Source: Deferribacteres bacterium
GTDB lineage: Bacteria > Zhuqueibacterota > Zhuqueibacteria > Zhuqueibacterales > Geothermadaptataceae
Assembly: GCA_020633655.1 (NCBI GenBank)
Contig: JACKDF010000001.1
Span: 264,700 to 328,699, forward strand
Direction of reading: 5' to 3'
DNA length: 64,000 nt
The notes beneath the pieces are model-generated. The model was not told where the DNA came from. It did no database searches and worked only from the letters and a program-made list of their open reading frames with translations. Position 1 is the stretch's first letter; the number at the start of each line of letters is the position of its first letter. Positions 9,632 through 18,512 of this stretch are shown piece by piece. The position numbers were made by a program, and so were the translations under genes.

Positions 9632-10381
9632 ATGCAGTATCAGAACCAGCAATTAACAGCTGTGCAGCGTTTTAGTGAAGGCAATACTTATTCGAGACAA
9701 CACACTCCTTTTATCGCGCAGCATACTATCCGTCATTTCTTCAAGCGGGTAAATCGATCTTTATCCTACCTTTTAAAAAACGAAAAAAGTTTTCTCTTTA
9801 AAAATGAAACAACCCAGCTGGTTTATCCTTCCAGTGAATCATCTTATAAATTAAAAATCTATACAGGATTATCCGTTACTCCAGATGATGTGGCAGAATT
9901 GGTTCAACCGCGCGCAGGAGAAATGCTTTGTGTTCTTTACCGAGCCAACCGGATTCTCGCTTATGCCCGTGCCTCCGTAAAAAGCAGTTTTTCGAAAAGT
10001 GGTGGGATAAATGTGAGAATTAAATCAGGTGAGGTGCATATCTCCGAACTAAAATTTTTGGTGAATGAACAATTCGAAAATATGCTGGCAGTCTTCCTGT
10101 CTGCAATTTCGCGAAAACTCCACTTTATGGGCTTTAGCTCAGTTTATATTGCATGCCGTGACCAGCATCATTATGGTATCCGCAATATTGTTAAGGCTGG
10201 CTTCGAGCTGAAAACCATAACGAGTAAATATCACATGTTCGGAAGTGAAATCGCGAAAACAGTGCAGACAGTGCACTACCAGGACAAACAGTTAACCTCC
10301 CCTAAAACGACACTTAAAAAACTACCCGCCCCGGCGTTGTTAGAGCATCACGAGCAGCCTGTCTTCACATCAATCGGTTAA
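9632..10381 (+). CDS. hypothetical protein, weak GNAT-fold-like C-terminus
   Basis: 249-aa ORF with an AAAGGAA RBS. The C-terminal pattern GFSSVYIACRDQHHYGIRNIVKAGFEL resembles the beta5-alpha4-beta6 part of GNAT acetyltransferases, but the Q/RxxGxG/A motif is not evident. Its 3-prime end overlaps the convergent gene by 17 nt. Confidence 0.45.
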   Translation: MQYQNQQLTAVQRFSEGNTYSRQHTPFIAQHTIRHFFKRVNRSLSYLLKNEKSFLFKNETTQLVYPSSESSYKLKIYTGLSVTPDDVAELVQPRAGEMLCVLYRANRILAYARASVKSSFSKSGGINVRIKSGEVHISELKFLVNEQFENMLAVFLSAISRKLHFMGFSSVYIACRDQHHYGIRNIVKAGFELKTITSKYHMFGSEIAKTVQTVHYQDKQLTSPKTTLKKLPAPALLEHHEQPVFTSIG

Positions 10382-11648
10382 TTACGTCGTAGGTCAATTT
10401 CACCATCGGTAAAGAAACTTGCTTATTGGCAGCGTAGTATTCCGTTATCGATTTTGCAATTGTCCACGACATTGTCCAGTGGTTCCAGCTCGTCATATAT
10501 TCCCCGCGTACTTTGGTGATGATCATACGTGCCAGGCCTTTCACAAATTCTTTTCGTGTGCGATTTATGGGTAAAGTGTCAAGGTCTTCCTCACTCATCT
10601 CGTCCATAATATCTTCGACAACCTTTGCGATGGCCTCTGTAGTGCGCAGGACTGCTGACGTCGAATTGGCAGATTCTGTGTTGCTATTTACCACAGATGC
10701 CTGAATACCCTTCGTGCTGTCAGTGGCAGTTGTATCGACAGTGAGGCTTGCCTCGATTTCATTTGCATTTAACTTTACCAACTTCTCGGGTGTCTCATAA
10801 AAAATAACCCAGTCAGCAATAGGCTCAACAATATAGGCAATGAATTGATTTGGGCGCACATAAATTGTCGCAAGATTTACGTATTCGGAGTTTTGAACCT
10901 TGCGTGAACGTATGTAATAGGTTCCCGCCGGTAAACCAAGGTACAAATCGTAGCGGCGGCTGGTTTGCATCGCCTTCTGAAATCCTTTTACAAGTAAATC
11001 TTCTGCCATACGATACGTATAAAAGCCCGAATCCGCAGGTGAGGTGCTGTGTCGCAATAATTGCAACTGCATCGGATCAAATTTCGAAGTCACATGAAAA
11101 TTTTGAATTGCGATATGAACCTGGCCAAATGCAAATAAATCCTGCCCTTTTTCATCGAGTAAATCGATAAGACGGCTGTAATAGCGTCCGCCCACACGAA
11201 TACGCTGCGGCAGCGGTTTGAAAAGTGTAGGAATATCATCCGTATTTTCATAAAGCTGCATGGCGTCGTAATAATCATAGCATGCACGCTCAAAATACGA
11301 AACATCAATCGGTGCTTTCTCCAGGAATGTCAAGGCGCGATAGATGAGTGCACGCGCAGCAATATCCCGTGATTCGACAACATTTTTATCACTGAGCAGC
11401 ATCATTGTGTCGTATGCTTCACGCAACCGCTTGACATAGACACCCAGTAAATCTTCAAATACCAGCAATTCTTCAGCGCTCTGTTTTTTTTCATAATAGA
11501 GCCACTGGTATTCCCTATAGGTTGCGCTGGCACTTTTCTCGAAATTGGCCATTTCATAAATAACGGTATCCGTATTCTCCTGGGCGAAACTCGTCGACTG
11601 GAAAATGATAAGGATCAAACAATATATATAAAAGTGTATTTTAATCAT
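10365..11648 (-). CDS. exported hypothetical protein (long paralog of 11664..12239 module)
   Basis: Signal peptide MIKIHFYIYCLILIIFQSTSFAQE and an AGAGGT RBS. Residues ~60-190 are paralogous to the neighbouring 191-aa protein: IAARALIYRALTFLEKAP/IAARALFLKALANLDVAD, ERACYDYYDAMQLY/KSACEDYQQALALT, and LPQRIRVGGRYYSRLIDLLDEKGQD/LPYEIWIGDRLYTKLAELLDDKDKD. I recognise no family. Confidence 0.8.
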   Translation of the reverse strand: MIKIHFYIYCLILIIFQSTSFAQENTDTVIYEMANFEKSASATYREYQWLYYEKKQSAEELLVFEDLLGVYVKRLREAYDTMMLLSDKNVVESRDIAARALIYRALTFLEKAPIDVSYFERACYDYYDAMQLYENTDDIPTLFKPLPQRIRVGGRYYSRLIDLLDEKGQDLFAFGQVHIAIQNFHVTSKFDPMQLQLLRHSTSPADSGFYTYRMAEDLLVKGFQKAMQTSRRYDLYLGLPAGTYYIRSRKVQNSEYVNLATIYVRPNQFIAYIVEPIADWVIFYETPEKLVKLNANEIEASLTVDTTATDSTKGIQASVVNSNTESANSTSAVLRTTEAIAKVVEDIMDEMSEEDLDTLPINRTRKEFVKGLARMIITKVRGEYMTSWNHWTMSWTIAKSITEYYAANKQVSLPMVKLTYDVINRLM

Positions 11649-11663
11649 CGATTACCTCTGTGC

Positions 11664-12239
11664 TTAATTTCCCGAATTATTCATGCAGCGCAACAACACC
11701 CTGTCCTTATCCTTATCATCCAGCAATTCTGCCAATTTTGTATAAAGCCGGTCACCAATCCAAATTTCATAGGGCAAAGACTGGCTTAAAACGCTTGTCT
11801 TCGCACCACGTGTCAGCGCCAAGGCCTGTTGGTAATCTTCACAGGCAGACTTAAGTTTTGCTTTATCACCATCGGCAACATCGAGATTCGCCAGCGCTTT
11901 TAGAAATAAAGCCCGCGCAGCAATGGTTTTATAATTTTCCAACGTGAACGTCTTGATGCGCGTCAGGGTTTTATAAATTTCCAGCACCCGGATTGTATAA
12001 TTCGAGAGCACTTCATCAAAAGCCAGCCTCTCCTGATGTGTTTTGGGTGAGCGCTCCAACGCCTGCATTTCCTGATACACCTGGATAACTTTGCCTTCGT
12101 AATTCACCATTAGTTTTTCAAGACTCGACTCGATTTGTTGTGCCCTCGATACCGGCATAACGAAAAGCAAAAGCACAATGATGGTGAATACGCTGCGTTT
12201 GAGAATGTTAAATTTCATCGCATCTCCCCGCTTATTCAT
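11664..12239 (-). CDS. exported hypothetical protein (short paralog module)
   Basis: A signal peptide ends in VSRAQQ. The protein is predicted all-alpha and TPR-like. Its start overlaps the upstream stop (ATGAATAA, 8-nt overlap), which suggests translational coupling. An alternative start exists at 12218. Confidence 0.75.
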   Translation of the reverse strand: MNKRGDAMKFNILKRSVFTIIVLLLFVMPVSRAQQIESSLEKLMVNYEGKVIQVYQEMQALERSPKTHQERLAFDEVLSNYTIRVLEIYKTLTRIKTFTLENYKTIAARALFLKALANLDVADGDKAKLKSACEDYQQALALTRGAKTSVLSQSLPYEIWIGDRLYTKLAELLDDKDKDRVLLRCMNNSGN

Positions 12240-13674
12240 ATCGATTCGTCGAGACGTTCATGCGATTAACCAGACATTTTCGAATCGGGCGCAGCCAGTG
12301 CAGAACTGTTTGCAAACCAAAACGGTTGGCGATTTGCTGATAAACATCGACAAAAAGGATGAGATTGGAAGCTTTCTCATTTGTAACTTCATTACAGAGA
12401 TCCGTCTGGCTCAGCTTGGCAGAATGCAAAGCGGCCTTCCACGCTTTATCAATCATATCCACTGCGAACGTTTCATCGCCCGTTTCATAGCCCACATCCG
12501 CGAGACGAAGATAGAGCTCTTCGTAGCCATCCCATTTGAACTTTTGCTCCCACCCACCTTTGCGATCAGGAATAAGAAGCTCTTCGCCAACGCGACGCGC
12601 CTTGTAATAGGCATTCAAACGATCGGTCGAATCCGCCAGGCTGAAGTAATAATCGACCATACGAAAAATAGAATTCCCATAGACTTTCTTAATCTCGTTT
12701 TCCAAATCGATTGTAATGTTCGGCCGGCGCTCAACGAGCAAATTATAGGCTTGCGCTGCTTTTTCACGTGCGTACAAAAGTTCCGTTTCAGCAAGCCGAT
12801 CCGTGCTGTTTTTTTCCATGTGCAGTGCAACTTTTGTCAGCTCCTTCAGCATTTCGACCTGGCGCTCAATACTTTTTGAATAACGCAATGCCAGTTCAAG
12901 ATTGGTGCGTGTTTTCCGGTAACTGTAGTCATCCGGATTTTGGATAAACTCTTCTTCTGCAGCAAATCCGCGTGCTCGCCATTCATTCCCACGCAAATTG
13001 TAATTGTCCTCAATGGCTCTTTTCCGGTAAACATCAAAAAACAACCGGTCATCCTGACTCAAATGGCCCTGTTCCGCAAGATCGCATGCCTGACGCACCA
13101 TAAAACTCGCAAATCGACCTGTTGTCATGGCACTATCCGCCGGCGTAACCGTGAGTTCAACGGCTTGTTTTACGAATATTTTCAGATTCTTCAATAATTC
13201 ATCATCGAGCTGCCACTCCTGATTGGCATACATGCTCAATATTCCATCCCAGGACGCAACAAGACCTTCCAGCTCGTTACCGTTTTGCATTTTGATTGCA
13301 CGCTGGGTTTGCATGTAGCCAAAATTAAAAGTGACATTCGGATCCCCATACAATTCATAACTTTTTTGCAGTGAGGCAATCGCTTCTGTCAGCAAATCGA
13401 GGTCTTGTTCTTCTGTGTAAATTTTATATTCAGACAATCCTTTGTACAAATAGACATTTTTCATCACGTTTGTGTAGCGGCATTCAGGCTCCGCATAACT
13501 CTGTTCGCATTGCTGGATAATCTGCCGGCACAAATCCACAGTCTGTTTCGAATTATTGGATTCGTAGGCAGCTTTAGTTTGTTCGAAGAGATCGGCCACT
13601 TTTTGTGCCTGCACAGAAGATGTTATGCCGGCAATCATGCTGAAAATCATCAGCAGATACTGTGTTCTTTTCAT
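12232..13674 (-). CDS. exported TPR-like hypothetical protein
   Basis: Signal peptide MKRTQYLLMIFSMIAGITSSVQAQ. The 480-aa protein is helical and repeat-like with recurring Y..A..L..A patterns. It starts 2 nt after the stop of the upstream gene. Confidence 0.75.
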   Translation of the reverse strand: MKRTQYLLMIFSMIAGITSSVQAQKVADLFEQTKAAYESNNSKQTVDLCRQIIQQCEQSYAEPECRYTNVMKNVYLYKGLSEYKIYTEEQDLDLLTEAIASLQKSYELYGDPNVTFNFGYMQTQRAIKMQNGNELEGLVASWDGILSMYANQEWQLDDELLKNLKIFVKQAVELTVTPADSAMTTGRFASFMVRQACDLAEQGHLSQDDRLFFDVYRKRAIEDNYNLRGNEWRARGFAAEEEFIQNPDDYSYRKTRTNLELALRYSKSIERQVEMLKELTKVALHMEKNSTDRLAETELLYAREKAAQAYNLLVERRPNITIDLENEIKKVYGNSIFRMVDYYFSLADSTDRLNAYYKARRVGEELLIPDRKGGWEQKFKWDGYEELYLRLADVGYETGDETFAVDMIDKAWKAALHSAKLSQTDLCNEVTNEKASNLILFVDVYQQIANRFGLQTVLHWLRPIRKCLVNRMNVSTNRYE

Positions 13675-13676
13675 AT

Positions 13677-14630
13677 TTAAGACCTGGTTTTGTTTAGATT
13701 TAATCTGGTTAAGGCTGAAACGGCCTGTCTCAATTCATCAATTCGACTTCTCGTACTTTCTCCTTGCACGAGAATTTTCGTAGCTCCCCTGTTCCAAATA
13801 ATTTTCTGCGCCGTCCCGTCCGGAAAACCGAGTTGAGCAATTATTGAACGCCCCTTCCGTTGCAGGAAACCGTGTAACGTCCCATAACGTCCTTTATCCC
13901 AACGATCGAACTCAGCATTTATGCGGTTCCAAAGGGGATATTCATTGATATCAATATTGATATCCGAAGAAGTTAAAACGACCGATACATCTGCCTGCAG
14001 GAAGTCTTCATCAATAGCTTCTTTTTTTGCGATGGAGCGCTCGGTCTCAACGGGTCGTTGCTCAGTCAACTTCACCTTTGGCGCCTGATCAACACGCTGT
14101 CTTTTTTTGCTCTTTGTGTCGAGATCGAGGTCGATCTTAGCACGCCCTACATTCAATCTTCCCACATCTAAATCGGCGCCCAAGTTGACATCGGAGTCGA
14201 AAGCGCTGTTACGACCACGTTTTGCCGAATGCGATTGAATTTGTCCTAAGGCAGAATGACTGGTTAAATTAGCTGTGACTTCATCAAGATTAAACCGGAT
14301 CGATTCAGCGTCTGGTCTTTTTTTCTCCTCAGGTATCGCTTTTATTGGCGTCGTAATGGCTTCAGGCACTTCCACGACCGGTTCAATTTTTTGTACTGGA
14401 GGGAAAAATTGAATTTCCGGTTTTTTGATTTGTTTGATCAGCTCAACCTGCAAAGCTTCCAGGTCATTATTGCTGAAATCAGCGAGTCCATTCCCCCGCA
14501 ACACGATATAACGCGAGAGAAAGGAAAGCCCAAGGGCGAACAACAACGAAGCAATGAGACTGCGATACATGCGGTTATGGTGATTTTCACGGTATGCTTT
14601 ACCGGGATTGAACGTAATGTCAAACTCCAT
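13677..14630 (-). CDS. membrane-anchored hypothetical protein with Pro/Glu/Lys-rich linker (TonB/TolA-like topology only)
   Basis: A ~23-aa cytoplasmic N-terminus is followed by one TM (LIASLLFALGLSFLSRYIVL), the linker PPVQKIEPVVEVPEAITTPIKAIPEEKKRPD, a charged low-complexity stretch and a ~100-aa C-terminal globular part. I did not recognise a TonB-C motif. Confidence 0.7.
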   Translation of the reverse strand: MEFDITFNPGKAYRENHHNRMYRSLIASLLFALGLSFLSRYIVLRGNGLADFSNNDLEALQVELIKQIKKPEIQFFPPVQKIEPVVEVPEAITTPIKAIPEEKKRPDAESIRFNLDEVTANLTSHSALGQIQSHSAKRGRNSAFDSDVNLGADLDVGRLNVGRAKIDLDLDTKSKKRQRVDQAPKVKLTEQRPVETERSIAKKEAIDEDFLQADVSVVLTSSDINIDINEYPLWNRINAEFDRWDKGRYGTLHGFLQRKGRSIIAQLGFPDGTAQKIIWNRGATKILVQGESTRSRIDELRQAVSALTRLNLNKTRS

Positions 14631-14773
14631 AATTCTTTCTGTTTCAACTATTTGTAAAATGGACTAGTTTTTATGCAGGTCTATCTTGCATGTATTAAAA
14701 TCATACCGTAGTTAGCGTGTACGGTTTTGGTATTTTCAACAGTGGGCAGGAAATAAAACCAGGTTCTGGCACA

Positions 14774-15763
14774 CTATAAATTTGCTGGGAGCGCCGTTGG
14801 TTTTTGTTTGCTCGATTTAATGAAAAGGCACTGCAGAATTGTTTCTGGCGCCTGGTAATTGAATTCCACGAACTCGCTTGTTAAGCGTTGAAATTTTTTC
14901 AAATCGAGACGCAATCCATAGAGCCTTTCTTCGCCAAATTTGAAAACGATCGGGCCATGCTTCGGAGTCATCCCAAGGACAATCCCCTTGCCAAGGAACA
15001 AAGCAGGATAAGATTTCCCCGGATTAAACTCATCCAGCAGGTTAAATGTGTCGGCAAAGGATAGCTGGCTTAACCCTGCAGGTTGTTGTACATCGCTTGC
15101 TTTTTTGCTGCGGGAAAGTAAATCGTATATTTGATCGATTTTGCCTTTTTCCGTTAAATTAAGCACGCGTTCCGCCTTCTCCAGTACCTTGATAAATGCT
15201 GATTTTTCCATGGAAACCGGCAGGGCCTGATAATGATCCTCCGGATGCATAAAACGCGTTGCCACCCTCGTGAGTATCGTAACCGGAGATTCCACGGTTT
15301 TGACCACATCAAGATCAAGAATTTTTACCTGGTAACTCGCAACCTTGACCTGATTTTCGCCACGTGGCAAATTGATATATATTGTGTATTCCCGTGTGAG
15401 GTTATCCGGTCGTGGTGGTTTCGACTTCAGCAAAGAAAACAAATCATCCCGCACTTCCACGTTGCGATTGCGCAGCGATTGCAAAATAGCCCGATGAACT
15501 GCCTGAATCGCATTCTCCTCCAGCTCTATTTCTTCATAAGCACAACCGAAGGTCTGGATGTAATTGTCACGATTTAAATCTGCTTCCAGAGGTTTATTCA
15601 TGAATTCACGCATTATTTGCAAAGTGGTGGCAACATTGTGTGCCTGCCAGCAATTCTTGCGTGAAGCGTCCCCGCTTGAACCAGCACTGGTTTGAAATCT
15701 GTCATGCGAGGAAGTACAGGAGAATAAAAAAATTAAAACAACAACTTGAAAAAAACGCACCAT
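14774..15763 (-). CDS. hypothetical lipoprotein
   Basis: The N-terminus MVRFFQVVVLIFLFSCTSS carries a lipobox-like LFSC. The protein is 329 aa with no recognised family. It is separated from the next gene by 143 bp that contain a small hairpin (ACCGTA-N9-TACGGT). Confidence 0.7.
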   Translation of the reverse strand: MVRFFQVVVLIFLFSCTSSHDRFQTSAGSSGDASRKNCWQAHNVATTLQIMREFMNKPLEADLNRDNYIQTFGCAYEEIELEENAIQAVHRAILQSLRNRNVEVRDDLFSLLKSKPPRPDNLTREYTIYINLPRGENQVKVASYQVKILDLDVVKTVESPVTILTRVATRFMHPEDHYQALPVSMEKSAFIKVLEKAERVLNLTEKGKIDQIYDLLSRSKKASDVQQPAGLSQLSFADTFNLLDEFNPGKSYPALFLGKGIVLGMTPKHGPIVFKFGEERLYGLRLDLKKFQRLTSEFVEFNYQAPETILQCLFIKSSKQKPTALPANL

Positions 15764-16066
15764 AAATCCTACCTATTGATAAATACAAAATAGTAAAGAA
15801 GTTCTAATCCACCCAAAATCCAGACATGGATGTAGCATGTCTAATGTTGATCTAATACCATCAATCGAGGCGATTTGCAAAGGACGATATTCTGTTTTTT
15901 AGTAAATTCCGTTAAATCATTAAAGTTCATGATTTACCGACTGATATTTATGTGCAGATGAAAGATTTCATAGCAGAAGTAATTCCGTCTATCATTTCTT
16001 CAAATTAACATAAAAGTCCCTATGCAAAGCAGACGGTTACCTGGAAATGGCGGCTGGAGAATAACC

Positions 16067-16095
16067 TTGACAAAAGAAAGGACAATCTCTATATT
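16067..16095 (+). promoter_or_regulatory. sigma-70-like promoter TTGACA-17 nt-TATATT upstream of proS
   Basis: TTGACA sits at 16067-16072, followed by exactly 17 nt and then TATATT at 16090-16095. The predicted start near 16102 leaves a ~230-nt leader before the proS ATG. Confidence 0.5.
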
Positions 16096-16332
16096 TTACG
16101 TTCTTTAAATAAGAATCCAGGTGAGTATTCAGCCCAAAGCGGAGACTACGCCCGTCGAAGCAGAAGTATTTGTTAATCGGGAGAAAAATACACTTAGACA
16201 AGCTGAGGGTCTGTTTCACACTAAATCACACAAACAGTCCCGAAATCAGCCCAAAGCTGATGAAATCATAACAATTTTTTTAACGAAGAAAATTTTACTT
16301 AATCTTTCGCGATTTAAAATACAGGAAAACAC

Positions 16333-17763
16333 ATGGCAAAAGGAATTACAAAAAGATCCGTTGACTACTCTCGATGGTATACCGATGTTATCGCCGCAGC
16401 ACAACTTGCAGACTACTCACCAGTTAAGGGATGCATGGTAATTCGTCCCACGGGTTACGCCATTTGGGAAAAAATGCAGGCTGCACTGGATAAACTTTTC
16501 AAAGACACGGGTCACGAAAATGCCTATTTTCCAATGTTCATTCCCGAACATTTCATGAAAAAAGAAGCCGAACATGTGGAAGGTTTTGCTCCGGAATGTG
16601 CGGTCGTTACCCACGGTGGAGGCAAAGAGTTGGAAGAACCGCTTTTTGTACGCCCGACTTCTGAAACAATCATTTGGTCGATGTACAAAGACTGGATACA
16701 ATCATATCGAGATTTGCCAATTCTCATCAACCAATGGGCGAATGTTGTGCGCTGGGAAATGCGGACACGCTTATTTTTGCGGACAACAGAATTTCTGTGG
16801 CAAGAAGGACACACAGCCCACGCAACAGCAGAAGAAGCTGAGGCAGAAACCAAACAAATGCTTGAGATTTACCGCATTTTTTCAGAAGAATACATGGCAG
16901 TACCGGTTATAACCGGTAGAAAAACAGAACGCGAAAAATTTGCCGGAGCATTGCACACCTATTGCATCGAAGCGATGATGCAGGATACCAAAGCCTTGCA
17001 AGCGGGCACTTCGCACAATTTGGGACAAAATTTCGCCAAAGCTTTTGACGTAACATTCCAAAATGAAGCGGGTGAGCTGGAAAGCGTCTGGGCAACGAGC
17101 TGGGGTGTCTCAACACGTCTCATCGGTGCATTGATTATGACGCACAGCGATGACAATGGCTTGGTATTGCCTCCAAAAATGGCCGCGACACCTGTCGTTT
17201 TCGTGCCGATTTGGGCAAGCAATGAAGAGATGAATACGGTTCTTAAAAAAATCGATGAAATAACTGCTGATTGGAAAGGCAAGTTTAATTTTAAAATCGA
17301 TGACAGAAATAATATTCGGCCCGGACGCAAGTTCAACGAATGGGAGAAAAAAGGTATTCCTATCCGTATTGAAATGGGACCACGCGATATGGAAACAAAC
17401 GAGGTCGTTCTCGTCCGTCGCGATACCGGTGAAAAAATTCGTCTACCACAAGACAATCTTGTGGAGCGTATTCTTACGACGCTGGAAACCATGCAAAATG
17501 ATATGTTCAATAAAGCAAAAGAATTTCGTAAGCACAATACACATATCGTTGATGACTATGAGGAATTTAAACAGCGACTTGATAATGAGGGTGGTTTTTA
17601 TCTCATCCACTGGAATGGCAAAACGGCTACAGAAGAAAAATTGCAGGAAGAGACGAAAGCGACCATTCGTTGCATACCTTTTGATTCGCCTGATGAACCG
17701 GGGAAATGCTTAATTACAGGAGAGCCCAGCGAACGCAGGGTATTGGTTGCACGAGCCTACTAA
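16333..17763 (+). CDS. proS: proline--tRNA ligase (archaeal/eukaryote-like type)
   Basis: 476 aa. The N-terminus [33 protein letters not shown], the class II motifs ([21 protein letters not shown]) and the absence of an INS editing domain are typical of the short archaeal-type ProRS found in FCB bacteria. Confidence 0.92.
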   Translation: MAKGITKRSVDYSRWYTDVIAAAQLADYSPVKGCMVIRPTGYAIWEKMQAALDKLFKDTGHENAYFPMFIPEHFMKKEAEHVEGFAPECAVVTHGGGKELEEPLFVRPTSETIIWSMYKDWIQSYRDLPILINQWANVVRWEMRTRLFLRTTEFLWQEGHTAHATAEEAEAETKQMLEIYRIFSEEYMAVPVITGRKTEREKFAGALHTYCIEAMMQDTKALQAGTSHNLGQNFAKAFDVTFQNEAGELESVWATSWGVSTRLIGALIMTHSDDNGLVLPPKMAATPVVFVPIWASNEEMNTVLKKIDEITADWKGKFNFKIDDRNNIRPGRKFNEWEKKGIPIRIEMGPRDMETNEVVLVRRDTGEKIRLPQDNLVERILTTLETMQNDMFNKAKEFRKHNTHIVDDYEEFKQRLDNEGGFYLIHWNGKTATEEKLQEETKATIRCIPFDSPDEPGKCLITGEPSERRVLVARAY

Positions 17764-17772
17764 AAAAACACA

Positions 17773-17800
17773 AGCCACACATAATGCGTGTGGCTTTTTT
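17773..17800 (+). terminator. rho-independent terminator of proS
   Basis: AGCCACAC-ATAATGC-GTGTGGCT forms an 8-bp perfect stem followed by TTTTT, 10 nt after the stop codon. Confidence 0.85.
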
Positions 17801-17846
17801 GCGTTAAATCAAACACCGCGAAATTAACCATTAAGGCACGGTTTAA

Positions 17847-18512
17847 ATGAAACGTTCACTTATTCTCCTCGTCCTTCTTACAATTTTTTCAGGTGCAGCG
17901 TGGTCTATTTGGGAGTTTCGTCATGCAACTATTCCAGTTACAGATATTGACGTGATGAAAAAAGTTGAATATAAAAAACACACGAACGATGAAAAAATAT
18001 TCTGGATCGATAAGTACGAAGTGACAAATGGACAATACTGGCGTTGGGATGAATCCCTCGATTTTCCGGAGAGTAAGGTTGATTTTCCTGTTACCAACAT
18101 CGACTGGTATCAGGCTATGGCCTACGCAAAACATGTCGGTAAACGTCTGCCATCGCAGGAGGAATGGCTTATAGCGGCGCATGCCACCCCCGAGGATGAA
18201 TTCAATCCATGGGATTCTTTCACCCGTATTCCCTATGTACCTGAGGCTGGCAGCAATCACGTTTACCGTGCAGGAAAATTCTGGCGTGATCGAACAGCGT
18301 TGGGAATAGCAAATATGTCCGGTAATGTTTGGGAATGGACCGCGGATACATTGCGTTTGGCAGACAGCTCGCTTGCTGCAATCGTCAAGGGTGGGTTCAC
18401 CTACAAAAAGAAAAAACTGTACTTCACCGGTATTGACAAAACAGATACCGTTCGTGTTGATGAGATGAGAGAAAATCTTGGTTTTCGCTGCATTCGGGAC
18501 AAGAAAAAATGA
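17847..18512 (+). CDS. formylglycine-generating-enzyme (SUMF1/FGE) family domain protein, membrane anchored
   Basis: An N-terminal TM/signal anchor is followed by FWIDKYEVTNGQY, NIDWYQAMAYAKHVGKRLPSQEEW, GNVWEWTAD and GFRCIRD. These are the conserved FGE-sulfatase family blocks. Confidence 0.85.
   Translation: MKRSLILLVLLTIFSGAAWSIWEFRHATIPVTDIDVMKKVEYKKHTNDEKIFWIDKYEVTNGQYWRWDESLDFPESKVDFPVTNIDWYQAMAYAKHVGKRLPSQEEWLIAAHATPEDEFNPWDSFTRIPYVPEAGSNHVYRAGKFWRDRTALGIANMSGNVWEWTADTLRLADSSLAAIVKGGFTYKKKKLYFTGIDKTDTVRVDEMRENLGFRCIRDKKK

Noticed and set aside
10365-10381. The 17-nt 3-prime overlap of the convergent genes 9632-10381 (+) and 10365-11648 (-), considered as a possible antisense regulatory arrangement.
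   Set aside because: Short convergent overlaps are common, and the upstream (+) gene is itself a weak call. There is no independent evidence for a regulatory role.
12178-12879. Long ORFs antisense to well-supported genes. Examples are 12178-12879, 49737-50558 (273 aa), 36285-36989, 28699-29388, 17889-18572, 55840-56424, 58858-59487, 16959-17537 and 26027-26602.
   Set aside because: Each lies entirely inside a longer opposite-strand gene that has clear family motifs. Their translations are low-complexity or Cys/Arg/Phe-rich with no motifs, no RBS and no signal of conservation. They are typical shadow ORFs.
16037-16441. ORFs 16037-16219 (-) and 16121-16441 (+) in the proS upstream region, together with the idea of a T-box riboswitch or a Pro-codon leader peptide.
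   Set aside because: The ORFs start at non-ATG codons, one overlaps proS, and neither has a motif. I could find neither the conserved T-box sequence nor a run of proline codons. I kept only the statement that a long leader of unknown function exists.
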